Assembly (NCBI GenBank): GCA_965240465.1
Contig: OZ251219.1
Coordinates: 79,624-143,623 of the forward strand
DNA length: 64,000 nt
Reading direction: 5' to 3'
Origin: a bacterium
Lineage (GTDB): Bacteria > SAR324 > JACQKK01
The position numbers were made by a program, and so were the translations under genes. The number at the start of each line of letters is the position of its first letter. Positions within the stretch are counted from its first letter, which is position 1. This document shows positions 51,764 through 62,681 of this stretch, piece by piece. The notes under the pieces are model-generated. The model saw only the letters and a program-made list of their open reading frames with translations, had not been told where the DNA came from and made no database searches.

Positions 51764-53719
51764 TTATTTTGGAAAAGGACGAAGCATACGGTGGTTCTCT
51801 AGTCTGATGGTGAGGTGTTGGGAATCAAAGTATTCTAACAGATCAACGGCATGTTTGCGGCTGATATTAGCTAGTGATTTGAACTCAATCACTGTAATGC
51901 TCTGGTTTTTATCTAGGTAATTACACAGAGTGAAGGTAAGTCGTTGGATTGTCTGGGGAAGATAGTATAGATCAGGCTTGATACGAATTAGTTGTTTAGT
52001 TTTTGTGGCTGTAGCGAGGAGATTGGCGGTGTACGAAGAAGACAGATTAGTAATTTTAAGCAGGGAATTTAACCGAGGAGGTTGTATAGCGGAACGAATG
52101 GTATCTATTAGGCGTTCTAAGTCTTGTTTTTTTTGGGGAGAAATGGCCACTTGGTGTTGGAGTAATTGAAAATGGTCTTGGTACTGGGTTATTTCACCTT
52201 GGGTTACCATATATTCCAGCAGGACTTGCGTACCTGATGTCCCAAATGAGGGAGGCATTTTTCCCGCTATTTCTACCGCTTTCATACCATTTTTTTCTGG
52301 ATGTTGACGGTGAAAACAAAACAGGATTTTTTTTAAGTACTCACCATTTTGTTTTTGTGCTTGGGTATGTAACCAGCCAGTGTCTTTAGGAAGATCAAAA
52401 GTAAGCATACTTTGAGATGCAAGTTTTACTCTCAATTTTGGGAGGTCTTTTGGTAGGATGGCCGTGCGCGGGTTGATTTGGCTTTGTAGTAACAGTCCAT
52501 GGGGCCTGATCAAGGCAGCCGCAGTTATTTTTTCAGCAATTGATGCTTGATGTAGCCGTTGCAAACATTCAGCAATCGGTACACCCCTAATGGCAGAATC
52601 CCCGTGGCTTTTTAAGGCATCTGGTTCAATTACCACCCCGCCACCGATGGTACATAAGGGCGAGTAAGAACGGAGTACAAAACGGTCAAGAAATTTTGTG
52701 CTAAGAGATTTTTCCAATCTTAGTTGGATATATTGCGTCTGGCCTGGCTTCCATGAAGCTGTTTCTAAAGGAATAACGCGTGCCATTACCTCATTGGCAT
52801 AAAGATGCATTCGCAGTCGTGACCGTTGACTCAGAGTCTGAGGGGCTGTTTTCGATAGTTTTGCTTGGGCATTTATCAAGCTACCTGTCAACAAACATCC
52901 CCTGGCAGCCAGTTGGTTTCCCCGATGAATATCTTGATGAGAAAATCCTACTACGTTGATGGCTGCTCTTTGTCCTGTTCTGACTACGTCTACCTCTTTG
53001 CCATGAACCTCCATTTTCCTCACTCGTACTGCTTGATGATGCGGATACAACCAAGCTGTCTCCTTAAGAGTAAAATCCCCGGATAACACAGTTCCTGTTA
53101 TCACTGTGCCAAATCCTTTCATGTGGAAGCTACGGTCAATCACCATGCGAAAAGGTTGCTGGGCATCAAGGATACGATTGTGTTGAAAATTATTAGTCAA
53201 CAAATCCCGTAGTTTATCCAATCCATTTCCGCTTTTGATGCTTATCGCCTGCAGAGGAGCATTCTCTAAAAATGTGCCTGCAAAAGCTTTCTTTACCTCA
53301 TTCTCTCGGTCTTTCAGTGCATTATCTGAAACCAAATCTGCCCGAGATAACACTACTATCCCTTTAGAAATTCCCAGCAATTCACAGATGTTTAAGTGCT
53401 CTATTGTTTGAGGCATAACCCCTTCATCTGCGGCTACTACCATCAAAACTGCATCAATGCCTGCCACGCCAGCCAGCATGGTGTGGATGAACCCCTCGTG
53501 GCCTGGAACATCCACAAACGCTAATGGCTGACCGTTGCTACTAAGGCCATGGGTAAAACCCAATTCAATGGTCATACCACGCCGTTTTTCTTCTTTCAGT
53601 CGGTCTGGGTCCATACCAGTGAGAGCCATCACCAACGAGCTTTTCCCGTGATTTACATGACCACCGGTGCCAAACACCAAATGGGTAGTTTGTTTTGCAC
53701 TAGCAATATACTGTGCCAT
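51764..53719 (-). CDS. selB: Selenocysteine-specific elongation factor SelB
   Basis: EF-Tu-like G domain ([16 protein letters not shown]). The ~300-aa C-terminal extension is typical of the SelB winged-helix domains. Total length 651 aa. Confidence 0.8.
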   Translation of the reverse strand: MAQYIASAKQTTHLVFGTGGHVNHGKSSLVMALTGMDPDRLKEEKRRGMTIELGFTHGLSSNGQPLAFVDVPGHEGFIHTMLAGVAGIDAVLMVVAADEGVMPQTIEHLNICELLGISKGIVVLSRADLVSDNALKDRENEVKKAFAGTFLENAPLQAISIKSGNGLDKLRDLLTNNFQHNRILDAQQPFRMVIDRSFHMKGFGTVITGTVLSGDFTLKETAWLYPHHQAVRVRKMEVHGKEVDVVRTGQRAAINVVGFSHQDIHRGNQLAARGCLLTGSLINAQAKLSKTAPQTLSQRSRLRMHLYANEVMARVIPLETASWKPGQTQYIQLRLEKSLSTKFLDRFVLRSYSPLCTIGGGVVIEPDALKSHGDSAIRGVPIAECLQRLHQASIAEKITAAALIRPHGLLLQSQINPRTAILPKDLPKLRVKLASQSMLTFDLPKDTGWLHTQAQKQNGEYLKKILFCFHRQHPEKNGMKAVEIAGKMPPSFGTSGTQVLLEYMVTQGEITQYQDHFQLLQHQVAISPQKKQDLERLIDTIRSAIQPPRLNSLLKITNLSSSYTANLLATATKTKQLIRIKPDLYYLPQTIQRLTFTLCNYLDKNQSITVIEFKSLANISRKHAVDLLEYFDSQHLTIRLENHRMLRPFPK

Positions 53720-53736
53720 CAGCAGTGCCTACCTGA

Positions 53737-54075
53737 CTATATTTTTCTAGCAGAAACCAAACGACAATAACCCTGCAAACGCCCCCCTTCTTCTATACAC
53801 AAACGACTGGTAACAATATCGCCATTTAGCACACCAGCAGACAGTACATGGGTTTCCTCGGTGGTTATAACATCACCCTTTATACACCCATTCAATACCA
53901 AACTATGGGCTTTCACAGAGCCTTTCACTTGGCTGTGTTGACCTATGCGAAGCAAATCTTCCACATGTAGGCTACCCTTTAAATTTCCATTAAGGTGAAG
54001 ATTACCCTTTAAACGTAGATTCCCCTTAATATCTACACTGGTGGAAATAATACTGGTGGTAGGATAGAAAGCCAT
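53737..54075 (-). CDS. Bactofilin (DUF583) family cytoskeletal protein
   Basis: Repetitive beta-helix pattern G.L.L.G.L.G.L.V. Confidence 0.65.
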   Translation of the reverse strand: MAFYPTTSIISTSVDIKGNLRLKGNLHLNGNLKGSLHVEDLLRIGQHSQVKGSVKAHSLVLNGCIKGDVITTEETHVLSAGVLNGDIVTSRLCIEEGGRLQGYCRLVSARKI

Positions 54076-54115
54076 ACTAAGAAACTATGTGAAAAACGGA
54101 AAATAGTAGAAATTT

Positions 54116-54985
54116 TTAAGAATTTTCTTTATTAAACAGCGAATAAAGGCGATTGAAGTCAGATTCAGAGTAGAATTGCAAGTGTATTTCACCATGGCGT
54201 ATTTTTTTTTGGCTATTCGTTTTAGAGCAAGCAGGCATGATAACTTTCACTTTGGTGCCTAGCATCTGTGATAAGGATCGTTCTGCAGCTTGATAATGTA
54301 GTCGTAACCTCAAATCTTGTGAAGGGGCGTCTTGTTTAGCAGTTGTTTTGGGTGGGTGATAAGACAAGTGCAGTTCTCGCTCAACAAGATGCTCGGTTTC
54401 CCTGACCGAGAGATTGTCTTGACACACCAAATTTCGCAAGACTAGCTGCTGCTCAGCACGAGGAAGAGCCAGTAGTGTGCGTGCGTGTCCTATGCTTAAT
54501 CGGCCTGTTTTCAAGTCTTCTTTAAGCAGGGGAGGCAGTGATAGCAAACGCATAATGTTGGCTACTGTGGAACGGTCTTTTCCCACTCTCTTTGATAACT
54601 CTTCTTGGGTAAGGTCCAGGCTGGTCATGAGCAGTCTGTAGGCTGAGGCTTCTTCAATGGGGTTAAGCGGTTCGCGCTGGATATTTTCTACCAGAGCCAT
54701 TTCCAATAGTTTTTCATCGGGGATTTGTCGCACCAAAGCAGTGACTACCTTCCATCCCAGCAGACGCATGGCACGTACACGGCGTTCACCAGCAATGAGT
54801 TGATAATGTTCACTTACATGAGGATGTGGCCTGAGGACTATGGGCTGTACTACCCCTTGTTGAGCGATGGAATCAGCCAGCCTCTTTAAGGCATCATCTG
54901 AGATTATTACTCTGGGCTGAAGAGGGTTTTCATGTACCTGCTCCAGTTTAACTTTGACAAAAACGCTGTGTGGCTGGTCATTCAT
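54116..54985 (-). CDS. parB: Chromosome partitioning protein ParB (Spo0J)
   Basis: ParB box IAGERRVRA, and an HTH region. Confidence 0.85.
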   Translation of the reverse strand: MNDQPHSVFVKVKLEQVHENPLQPRVIISDDALKRLADSIAQQGVVQPIVLRPHPHVSEHYQLIAGERRVRAMRLLGWKVVTALVRQIPDEKLLEMALVENIQREPLNPIEEASAYRLLMTSLDLTQEELSKRVGKDRSTVANIMRLLSLPPLLKEDLKTGRLSIGHARTLLALPRAEQQLVLRNLVCQDNLSVRETEHLVERELHLSYHPPKTTAKQDAPSQDLRLRLHYQAAERSLSQMLGTKVKVIMPACSKTNSQKKIRHGEIHLQFYSESDFNRLYSLFNKENS

Positions 54986-55054
54986 TCAGCGGGATAGGAT
55001 TGAAAATATGAAAAAAAATTAAGTACCTAACGGGTGATTAGAGCCATGGGATAT

Positions 55055-55900
55055 TTACCTTACTCCTTGCCGAATACGTTTCTGTAAGCGGGTGATTCTT
55101 TTTTTTAGCAATGTGACATTCTCATGAGGTATTTTTTCAGCTTGTCGGAAAATAGATAGGGCTTGTTTCATTTTTCCTTGTTGCTCCAGTGTATCAGCGA
55201 TGAATATCAGTGCCTCACCAGCAATGGGGTGTTGAGGAAATGATTTAGCTATTTTTCTAAAGGAGATAATGGCAAGATCGGTATGTCCTTCTAAGAAGTA
55301 GCTGTGTGCAGCAAGGTAGTGTGCTCGGGGAGTCTGGGCAGACTTAGGATATTTTGTGATCAGGGTGTATAGACTAGTTCGTGCTTGGAGAAACAATTGG
55401 TGTTGAAGAGCAACCTTTGCAGTTTCCAGCAGGAAAGATGGTTTTTCTGCCTGAGGAGCATCTTTGATGATTTCTTGGTAGATACTGATAGCCTTACGGA
55501 CGGTTTTGGTATCTTGGGCATAGATTTGGGCTAAATTTTCTCTAGTTTGGAGGGTATATTTGCCATTCGGATATTCTTTCAGGTGTCTTTCATAGAGATG
55601 TACTGCTCCTTTGTGATTTTTAAGATAATTGTGTTCTAGGCTAGCGGCCCAATAGAGAGATTGGGGTGCTTTGCGTGAGCGGGGGTAAAAATCTGCGAGA
55701 ATGAGAAAATAGCGGGCAGCATCTTCGTATCGGGACTCATTCCACATTTTGGTTCCTTTTTTGTGTAGTTCACTGGCACGGAGTCCGTTTTGGCAAGTGG
55801 CGTATCCAAACAAGAGTGCTATCCCCAAGAATACAACGATCAGTAGCGTCCATTTAATGGCTAAGGACGACGATCTGGATTTTTGTAGTAGTTTTTTCAC
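55055..55900 (-). CDS. Tetratricopeptide-repeat protein (YbgF-like)
   Basis: N-terminal TM or signal region, then multiple TPR-like helices. Confidence 0.5.
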   Translation of the reverse strand: MKKLLQKSRSSSLAIKWTLLIVVFLGIALLFGYATCQNGLRASELHKKGTKMWNESRYEDAARYFLILADFYPRSRKAPQSLYWAASLEHNYLKNHKGAVHLYERHLKEYPNGKYTLQTRENLAQIYAQDTKTVRKAISIYQEIIKDAPQAEKPSFLLETAKVALQHQLFLQARTSLYTLITKYPKSAQTPRAHYLAAHSYFLEGHTDLAIISFRKIAKSFPQHPIAGEALIFIADTLEQQGKMKQALSIFRQAEKIPHENVTLLKKRITRLQKRIRQGVR

Positions 55901-55933
55901 GATTGCATGAAAATAGCACAGAATAGAGTGGAA

Positions 55934-58402
55934 CTATTCGGGGGATTCATTTTGTTCTTTAGCTAGGGTGGCAACTGCAGCCACTGTTTCTCCTGTTTCC
56001 AGTTGTACCATCCGTACTCCTTGCGTATGGCGGCCAATTTCACGCAGTTTGTTTAATTTCATACGAATGAGCTTGCCTGTTTTGGATATAACCATCACTT
56101 CTTGGTTATGGCTAACTTCCAGTATTCCAACCACTCGGCCATTGCGTCGGTTGGTTTTTATGGTATAGACCCCTTTATTACCACGACTGCCGAGGGGATA
56201 TTCATGGATGGGAGTTTTTTTACCAAATCCGTTTTCGGTAAGGGTAAGGATAGCCCCTTCTCCACTAAGAATCTCCATGCCCACTACTTTGTCATCTAAA
56301 TTTAGCCTAATGCCTATCACGCCGCGGGCGTTCCGTCCTAGTGGACGCAATTGCGATTCTGGAAAACGCACTGACATGCCTCTTTCAGTAGCCAAGAACA
56401 CCTGTTGCTTGGGTTGGCATAGTTTGGCAACCTGTAAGGAATCATCTTTATCTATGTTGATAGATCTAATACCTATGCGGCGAATATTGGCAAAAGCACT
56501 GAGAAGGGTTTTTTTGAGGATACCGTTCTTGGTAACCATTAGAACAGTGCAGTCTTCACTAAGTCCACTGACATTAAGGTAGGCACGTGCTTGTTCTTTA
56601 TCTGACAATGTTAATAGACTGGCTACAGATTTTCCCTTAGAAGCTCGTGCAGCAATAGGCAGCTCGTAGACTTTTTTCTGATAACACTTGCCAATGGAAG
56701 TAAAAAACAGCAATTTGTCGTGGGTAGACGCTACGAACATGTTAGTTACGAAATCTTCTTCTCTGGTGGTCATGCCAATTGAACCCTTACCCCCCCGATG
56801 TTGAGTGCGATAAGCCGAAACAGGAGTACGCTTGATAAATCCCTTATGAGAAATTGTCACTACTACTTCTTCTTCTGTGACCATGTCCTCATCGTTCAAT
56901 TCTTCTGCAGCTTCCATTATTTGAGTTCTACGGTGGTGTGAATTGCTATATTGCTCACGCAAGGCATTTGTTTCTGCACGAATAATATCCAGTACTTTGC
57001 TTCTTTCAGCTAGAATGACACGATATTCTTCCATCAGTTTTTGCAAATTGCTGTATTCTTCTTCTATTTTGCGTTGCTCTAAACCAGTGAGGCGACTGAG
57101 ACGCATGTCCAATATTTCTTTGGCCTGTATCTCTGTTAATTGAAACTGCTTTATGAGTCCTTTACGGGCAGAAGCATTATCTGGTGAATTTTTAATCAAA
57201 GCAATGATAGCCTCCAAGTTTCTAAGTGCCACCAGCAGACCTTTTAGTACGTGGGTTCTCTGAGTAGCCTTGGCGAGTTCAAAACGAGTGCGGCGTTCTA
57301 CAACTTCAACACGATGTGCTAAAAAGCGTTGTAATATGTCTACCAATGGCATCACGCGGGGCTGGTTATCATCCACGGCCAGCATTATTACTCCATAAGA
57401 ATTCTGGAGTTTGGTGAGTTTGAATAAATTGTTTAGTAGTACATCTGTGTTGAAATTCTTTTTTACCTCAACCACCATGCGCATGCCTTTGCGATCTGAC
57501 TCATCTCGCAAATCGGATACCCCTTCCAGTTTTTTATCTCTCACTAAGTCGGCAATCTTTTCTATCAGCCGAGCTTTATTCACCATGTAAGGCAACTCTG
57601 AAAACACAATCAGCTCCCTGTCACGCTTTTTGTCCGTCTCCACGTCTGCACATGCACGTAAGGTGATAATCCCTCGCCCTGTTCTATAAGCTTCATAAAT
57701 GCCTTTTTTTCCCATAATTAAACCGCCAGTGGGAAAATCTGGTCCTGGCAGTAGTTGCATCAAGTGGCTTAACTGGGGATTGTCTTGGTTGTCAACGACG
57801 TACAAAAAGGCATCTAGTGTCTCCAGCAAATTGTGAGGGGGAATATTACTAGCCATGCCTACTGCAATGCCCGTTGCTCCATTGACTAATACATGGGGAA
57901 ACCTTGCGGGTAGCACAGTGGGTTCTTGTAAAGATTCATCGTAATTGGGCTGAAAATTAACAGTGTCTTTCTCTAAATCTTCCAGTAATTGGTGTGCCAG
58001 ACGGGTCATGCGTACCTCTGTGTAACGCATGGCAGCCGCAGGATCTCCGTCAACGGAGCCAAAATTACCTTGACCGTCTACTAAGGGTACTCGCATGGAA
58101 AAATCTTGTGCCATACGTACTATGCTGTCATACACTGCAGATTCCCCATGAGGGTGGTATTTACCAATCACCTCACCGGCTACACGGGCTGATTTTCTAT
58201 AAGGCTTATTGTAATGGTTGCCTTGCTCGTGCATGGCATACAACACCCGTCTATGTACGGGCTTTAGTCCATCACGAACATCAGGCAAGGCACGCCCGAT
58301 AATCACACTCATGGCGTACTCCATGTACGACTGGCACATTTCATCTTCAATATGCACCAGCGTGACGCCGTCGCGGGGTTTTTGTAGGTCTTCCATGAGC
58401 AC
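55934..58402 (-). CDS. gyrA: DNA gyrase subunit A
   Basis: Active-site region (...[11 protein letters not shown]) and a GyrA box (RTQHRGGKG). Confidence 0.9.
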   Translation of the reverse strand: MLMEDLQKPRDGVTLVHIEDEMCQSYMEYAMSVIIGRALPDVRDGLKPVHRRVLYAMHEQGNHYNKPYRKSARVAGEVIGKYHPHGESAVYDSIVRMAQDFSMRVPLVDGQGNFGSVDGDPAAAMRYTEVRMTRLAHQLLEDLEKDTVNFQPNYDESLQEPTVLPARFPHVLVNGATGIAVGMASNIPPHNLLETLDAFLYVVDNQDNPQLSHLMQLLPGPDFPTGGLIMGKKGIYEAYRTGRGIITLRACADVETDKKRDRELIVFSELPYMVNKARLIEKIADLVRDKKLEGVSDLRDESDRKGMRMVVEVKKNFNTDVLLNNLFKLTKLQNSYGVIMLAVDDNQPRVMPLVDILQRFLAHRVEVVERRTRFELAKATQRTHVLKGLLVALRNLEAIIALIKNSPDNASARKGLIKQFQLTEIQAKEILDMRLSRLTGLEQRKIEEEYSNLQKLMEEYRVILAERSKVLDIIRAETNALREQYSNSHHRRTQIMEAAEELNDEDMVTEEEVVVTISHKGFIKRTPVSAYRTQHRGGKGSIGMTTREEDFVTNMFVASTHDKLLFFTSIGKCYQKKVYELPIAARASKGKSVASLLTLSDKEQARAYLNVSGLSEDCTVLMVTKNGILKKTLLSAFANIRRIGIRSINIDKDDSLQVAKLCQPKQQVFLATERGMSVRFPESQLRPLGRNARGVIGIRLNLDDKVVGMEILSGEGAILTLTENGFGKKTPIHEYPLGSRGNKGVYTIKTNRRNGRVVGILEVSHNQEVMVISKTGKLIRMKLNKLREIGRHTQGVRMVQLETGETVAAVATLAKEQNESPE

Positions 58403-58511
58403 TTTAAGGGGTACGGGATTAAATCAACAACGAAAAAGAAGAGTTTAACAGGGCATTCTACCGCAAAGAGGCTTAGCAAACAAGCAACTCTGCTGAGATT
58501 TATATAAAAAA

Positions 58512-59111
58512 CTACTCCTCAAAAAGCTGTTTCCGTAGTATATCTAAGGGAAATGCAGGACCGGGGTCTGATTTGCGATGAGAGGATATTTCTTCATGTC
58601 CCACAATCCAGCGGATGGGATAGGTTTTCATGAGCAACTGGCATATATTGCGTACCAGGCGTATTTGCTTACTAGGATAACGATGCCAGTAGCATGGTGA
58701 ATCCTCGTGGCGATGGGTGAGGAAAAGTGTTTCTGTAGGAGGATATTTTTGTCCTTGCCAAGAGAAGAATTGTCCTTGACGGTTATCTAGGTGACCTGCA
58801 TTGTCAATTTCTATTCCTAGTGCATAATTATTCAATTGTTTACGCTGATTATGCTCACTCTGGCCAGCATGCCAAGTAATAGTATCAAAGGGAACCAACT
58901 GCCTCAAGCTACCATTACGGGCAACGACTAAGTGAGCAGCAGCTTTATGTTGAGGAGAACACAACAGATTAACAGCCTGCTGACAGCTGTCCATGGCGGT
59001 ATAATGTAACACCAGGGTGTCTGGCAGACCAGGGGGAAAGGATTTACCTATGTTGGGGGTGGGAATATGACGAATTCCCTTGGCTATAAGCCAGTGGTCA
59101 ACAATTCGCAT
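58512..59111 (-). CDS. ampD: N-acetylmuramoyl-L-alanine amidase, AmpD-like
   Basis: HYTA...AHL...WHAG...GIEI...GHEE..RKSDPGP. Confidence 0.8.
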   Translation of the reverse strand: MRIVDHWLIAKGIRHIPTPNIGKSFPPGLPDTLVLHYTAMDSCQQAVNLLCSPQHKAAAHLVVARNGSLRQLVPFDTITWHAGQSEHNQRKQLNNYALGIEIDNAGHLDNRQGQFFSWQGQKYPPTETLFLTHRHEDSPCYWHRYPSKQIRLVRNICQLLMKTYPIRWIVGHEEISSHRKSDPGPAFPLDILRKQLFEE

Positions 59112-59255
59112 GGTATTTTACTTAATGAGAATAAGGTGTTCTTTACATTATTATACACATCGCTTATTACTGCCAAAGATCAAAAAACAGCGAATAAATA
59201 TCTAATCCATATAAGTACTAATAATAGGTTAGACAGTCTAAATAAACAAGAAAAT

Positions 59256-59328
59256 GGGCGGTACAAGGATTGAACTTGTGGCCTCCGGCATGTGACGCCG
59301 GCGCTCTCCCATCTGAGCTAACCGCCCT
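59256..59328 (-). tRNA. tRNA-Val (anticodon CAC); the anticodon assignment is less certain than the tRNA call itself
   Basis: 73-nt cloverleaf with all four stems perfectly paired. Anticodon loop is GTCACAT. Confidence 0.65.
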
Positions 59329-59464
59329 TATTTTTTATGCACTGATAGAGAAAATTTGTCCATGTCTTTGATTGACGGAGAATAATCTTTCAGAGTAAAT
59401 ATGATTGTTGTATTCTGAGAATCCATTGAGCATAACCATTGAAGAATGCCGTCGTAAGAATATC

Positions 59465-60529
59465 TTAAAAGGGCAGATTAGCGGCTGGTTCCAAGGAAAG
59501 TGAATTAAATTTTCGGGCTTTGAAGTATTCAAATGCAAGACGAGCAACCATAACAGCATTATCGGTGCAAAGTTGAGGAGGTGGGATAAAGAGGGGTTTT
59601 TGCTGTTTGAAGGCCTGCTGGAATGTTTGCCTCAGTTTGGTACTAGCGACTAACCCTCCTGATAGAGTAATAGCTTGGTGAGGAAATTTCTGGCATGCAT
59701 GTAGGGTTTTTTGCACCAGTACCGTTATAACGCTCTCAAAAAATGCTGAGAGAACATTTTCAGCAGCAGCACTAGGATGATCTCGGTGGTAATAACGTAA
59801 GGCAGTCTTTAGACCACTAAAAGAAAAATTGAGATTGGGTTGATCAAGCATGGGAGTAGGAAATTTGTGGTTGACAGGAGGGTATTTAAGGGCAAATTCA
59901 TCAACGATGGGTCCCCCGGGGAAAGGGTAGCCAAAAATCTTTGCAGCTTTGTCTACGCATTCTCCAGCGGCATCATCTAGGGTGCGTCCGACAATATCCC
60001 AGTCAAAATGCTGGCGTTGATAGATGAGTAAGGTGTGTCCTCCGGCGGCTACTAAGTGCAGTAGCGGAAAAGGTAGTTCGCTGTGGTTAATGAAGTTAGC
60101 ATAAGGATGGGCTTCAATATGATTGATGCCAATCAAAGGTTTGTTGAGTCTCCATGCGAGTGTTTTAGCGGTGGTCATGCCGACTAGAATAGAACCTATT
60201 AATCCTGGTAAGTGAGAAACGGCAATATAATCCAAGGCTTTCCAAGCCAATGGTGGTTGAATATCAAGGCTACTGGCTGCCTGATACAAAGCCTGATTAA
60301 GGAGAACAGGCATGGCTTCTAGGTGCTTGCGTGAAGCACGCTCTGGTACGACACCACCGAATTCGTAATGGTCCGAGTATTGTGACAAAGTCAAGTTTGC
60401 CAAGATTTCTTGGTGCCCTCTTATGATGGCTATCGAAGTGTCATCGAAGGTGGTGTCTATCGCCAGTCCAATACTTTGTAAGCAGGATGGTGATGCTGAT
60501 GACGAGGCTATTTCTGACCTGGATGGCAT
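59465..60529 (-). CDS. tsaD: tRNA N6-adenosine threonylcarbamoyltransferase TsaD
   Basis: Kae1/YgjD motifs (GLAIDTTFDDTS, GGVVPERASRKH, VAAGGH). Start uncertain, either this internal Met or a non-ATG codon. Confidence 0.85.
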   Translation of the reverse strand: MPSRSEIASSSASPSCLQSIGLAIDTTFDDTSIAIIRGHQEILANLTLSQYSDHYEFGGVVPERASRKHLEAMPVLLNQALYQAASSLDIQPPLAWKALDYIAVSHLPGLIGSILVGMTTAKTLAWRLNKPLIGINHIEAHPYANFINHSELPFPLLHLVAAGGHTLLIYQRQHFDWDIVGRTLDDAAGECVDKAAKIFGYPFPGGPIVDEFALKYPPVNHKFPTPMLDQPNLNFSFSGLKTALRYYHRDHPSAAAENVLSAFFESVITVLVQKTLHACQKFPHQAITLSGGLVASTKLRQTFQQAFKQQKPLFIPPPQLCTDNAVMVARLAFEYFKARKFNSLSLEPAANLPF

Positions 60530-60591
60530 GTGGGTATCATTGATTAGGAAATGGATTATCAGGTGCAAAGGGGTAGATAAGAAACTTTGTG

Positions 60592-61353
60592 TCAAGGTTT
60601 CCAACTGCGGAAGGCTTCGTTTTTTAAATATAAGGGTTTAGGGAATTGAGATAGCTGGGTTGCAGGAGTAAATTTCTGGGTTTGAGGATGCTGCAAATAT
60701 TGCTCAATGCCTGCTTCTAACAGTAAGGCAGCCCGATTTTTTTGGTGGTAAGCAGGCTGTAGATGAGAAAAAAATACGTTCCCTTGAGGAAAACACTCTA
60801 AAATTAGAGGTGCTATTTTCTTGGATATTTCTGTGATTTTTTTCTTGGCCTGTTCAAATGGCAGTAGACAAGGTGGATGAAGTTGTTTGAGAGAATTCCA
60901 TGCTTTGGTTTTTTCCCATTGCCAGGTTGCGTGATAAATATCTTCGCCAACACAATTTCTCCAACTGTGAAAATAGCCAGAAGTTAAATTAGGGTCGGAA
61001 CGCAAAGCAAGTAGCTTGAGGTTATCCACCCCTGCAATAGGAATATTGTTGATTTGAGCCAAAATAAAAGCAGTCGCCATGCCTATTCTCACGCCCGTAA
61101 ATGAACCAGGACCAATGGCCACAACTATTAATCGCAATTCTTGCGGGCGTAGCTGACACTGCATTAGCAGTCTTTCAAGGTGCTCTAGCAAAATACTATT
61201 AGCAAGTATTCCGCAATCTTGATAAATATCTGCTACCAGCTTTCCCTGCCGGGCGATACCCAATGTTAGCCAAGGACCAGAGGTATCTATTGCCAAAGTA
61301 GGCAGAAAAAAATGCTTGCTGGTGTTTATCAAACAGTCAGGTGGAACGGTCAT
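60592..61353 (-). CDS. tsaB: tRNA threonylcarbamoyladenosine biosynthesis protein TsaB
   Basis: YeaZ-like N-terminus LAIDTSGPWLTLGI. Confidence 0.8.
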   Translation of the reverse strand: MTVPPDCLINTSKHFFLPTLAIDTSGPWLTLGIARQGKLVADIYQDCGILANSILLEHLERLLMQCQLRPQELRLIVVAIGPGSFTGVRIGMATAFILAQINNIPIAGVDNLKLLALRSDPNLTSGYFHSWRNCVGEDIYHATWQWEKTKAWNSLKQLHPPCLLPFEQAKKKITEISKKIAPLILECFPQGNVFFSHLQPAYHQKNRAALLLEAGIEQYLQHPQTQKFTPATQLSQFPKPLYLKNEAFRSWKP

Positions 61354-61358
61354 TGTAG

Positions 61359-61904
61359 TTAAAATATGTTATCCAGTAAATCTGCAAAATGGGATGATCC
61401 CCAGAATGAAAACATTCGTGCTTCAGCAACACTTTTGTTGTTCTTAGGGTAAAGAATGTTTATCCAGAGACATTCCTCTGGGGGAAGCAACCCAACCGCA
61501 AGAGCAGGCCATTCTATTAGGGTAATTCCATTGAGATTATGCCAGTCATTGATATCTATTTGCAGCAAGTCTTGGCTGTCTTCCAGACGATATAAATCTA
61601 CATGATAGATTGGGTTGGTTTTTAGGGTAGGATATACATTAACCAGGGTATAGGTAGGCGAAGTAACTATCATAGGATCAACGCCTAAACCATGGCAGAT
61701 TCCTTTGCACAAGGTGGTTTTTCCACTACCCAAAGAACCATCCAGTAAAACCGTATGAGAACCGTGCAGAGTAGACAATGCTTGTCCTATTCTAAAAGCA
61801 AATTCCTGCGTGGCTGCTAGCGAAGATAAGGTAAGGATTTTGTCAGGGGGGCTCGGCGGCTTGCATTTCAAAGACATTGGTCTGTCTAATAGGAAGGTAA
61901 TCAA
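61359..61904 (-). CDS. tsaE: tRNA threonylcarbamoyladenosine biosynthesis ATPase TsaE
   Basis: P-loop GSLGSGKTT. Confidence 0.85.
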   Translation of the reverse strand: MITFLLDRPMSLKCKPPSPPDKILTLSSLAATQEFAFRIGQALSTLHGSHTVLLDGSLGSGKTTLCKGICHGLGVDPMIVTSPTYTLVNVYPTLKTNPIYHVDLYRLEDSQDLLQIDINDWHNLNGITLIEWPALAVGLLPPEECLWINILYPKNNKSVAEARMFSFWGSSHFADLLDNIF

Positions 61905-62560
61905 GTAGAGTTTTGCCAGACATGTTCAATATCTTGGGTTGAAATCTTCCCGACGCGTAATAATCTCCAGCCATGTTGAGGGTTACTAAGATCTACCACC
62001 GTAGATGGTAGTGTCGCAGGAGAGACAGGGCTGTTGATAACCCAAGCAGGGGAGAGAGTGGCCGAAATTATTTTTGGATCATTGAGTGGCGATTGTCCGC
62101 TAATATTAGCACTGGTACCTATTATGGGAGATTGAGACATCCTAGTGAGAGCTTGCACAACTGGATGCGAACTCCAGCGGAGAGCTATTTTGCCTGTGTC
62201 GCTGACCAAATGAGCGGGAGCTTTCTTAGAAGCAACCAACACCAAGGTTAGAGATCCTGGCCAATAATGATGTATTAACGCTTGTGCTTGGGGAATCAGT
62301 GTTTCAGCCCAGTCTTTTGCACGGTGGGGGTTATCTAACAAGGTAGGCAACGGATGATCTTCAGCTCGTTTTTTCAGGTGATACACAGTTTCAGCAGTTT
62401 TTTTAAGGAGTGCATTTCCGCCTAATCCATAGCAGGTTTCCGTTGGAAAAGCTCCCACCTCTCCGCGTTGCAAGGAATCACTTAGCCAATCTGCCCATTG
62501 GATATCACATGGCCAGTCAATCAGCTGGGGTGAATTTGATTTTTTGGTGATCTGGAGCAT
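61901..62560 (-). CDS. tsaC: L-threonylcarbamoyladenylate synthase (TsaC/YrdC)
   Basis: YrdC fold motifs (FPTETCYGLG, GTSANISG). Confidence 0.8.
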   Translation of the reverse strand: MLQITKKSNSPQLIDWPCDIQWADWLSDSLQRGEVGAFPTETCYGLGGNALLKKTAETVYHLKKRAEDHPLPTLLDNPHRAKDWAETLIPQAQALIHHYWPGSLTLVLVASKKAPAHLVSDTGKIALRWSSHPVVQALTRMSQSPIIGTSANISGQSPLNDPKIISATLSPAWVINSPVSPATLPSTVVDLSNPQHGWRLLRVGKISTQDIEHVWQNST

Positions 62561-62681
62561 AGAGTTTACTCAAATTAATTCCAAAACAGGCTATCAGGAT
62601 ATCATCACAGCAAATGGATCTGACAGCAATTTGTAGTCTCAGCTATGGATTTTGTTTAAGTACCTGACAAAAGCCCTAGGA

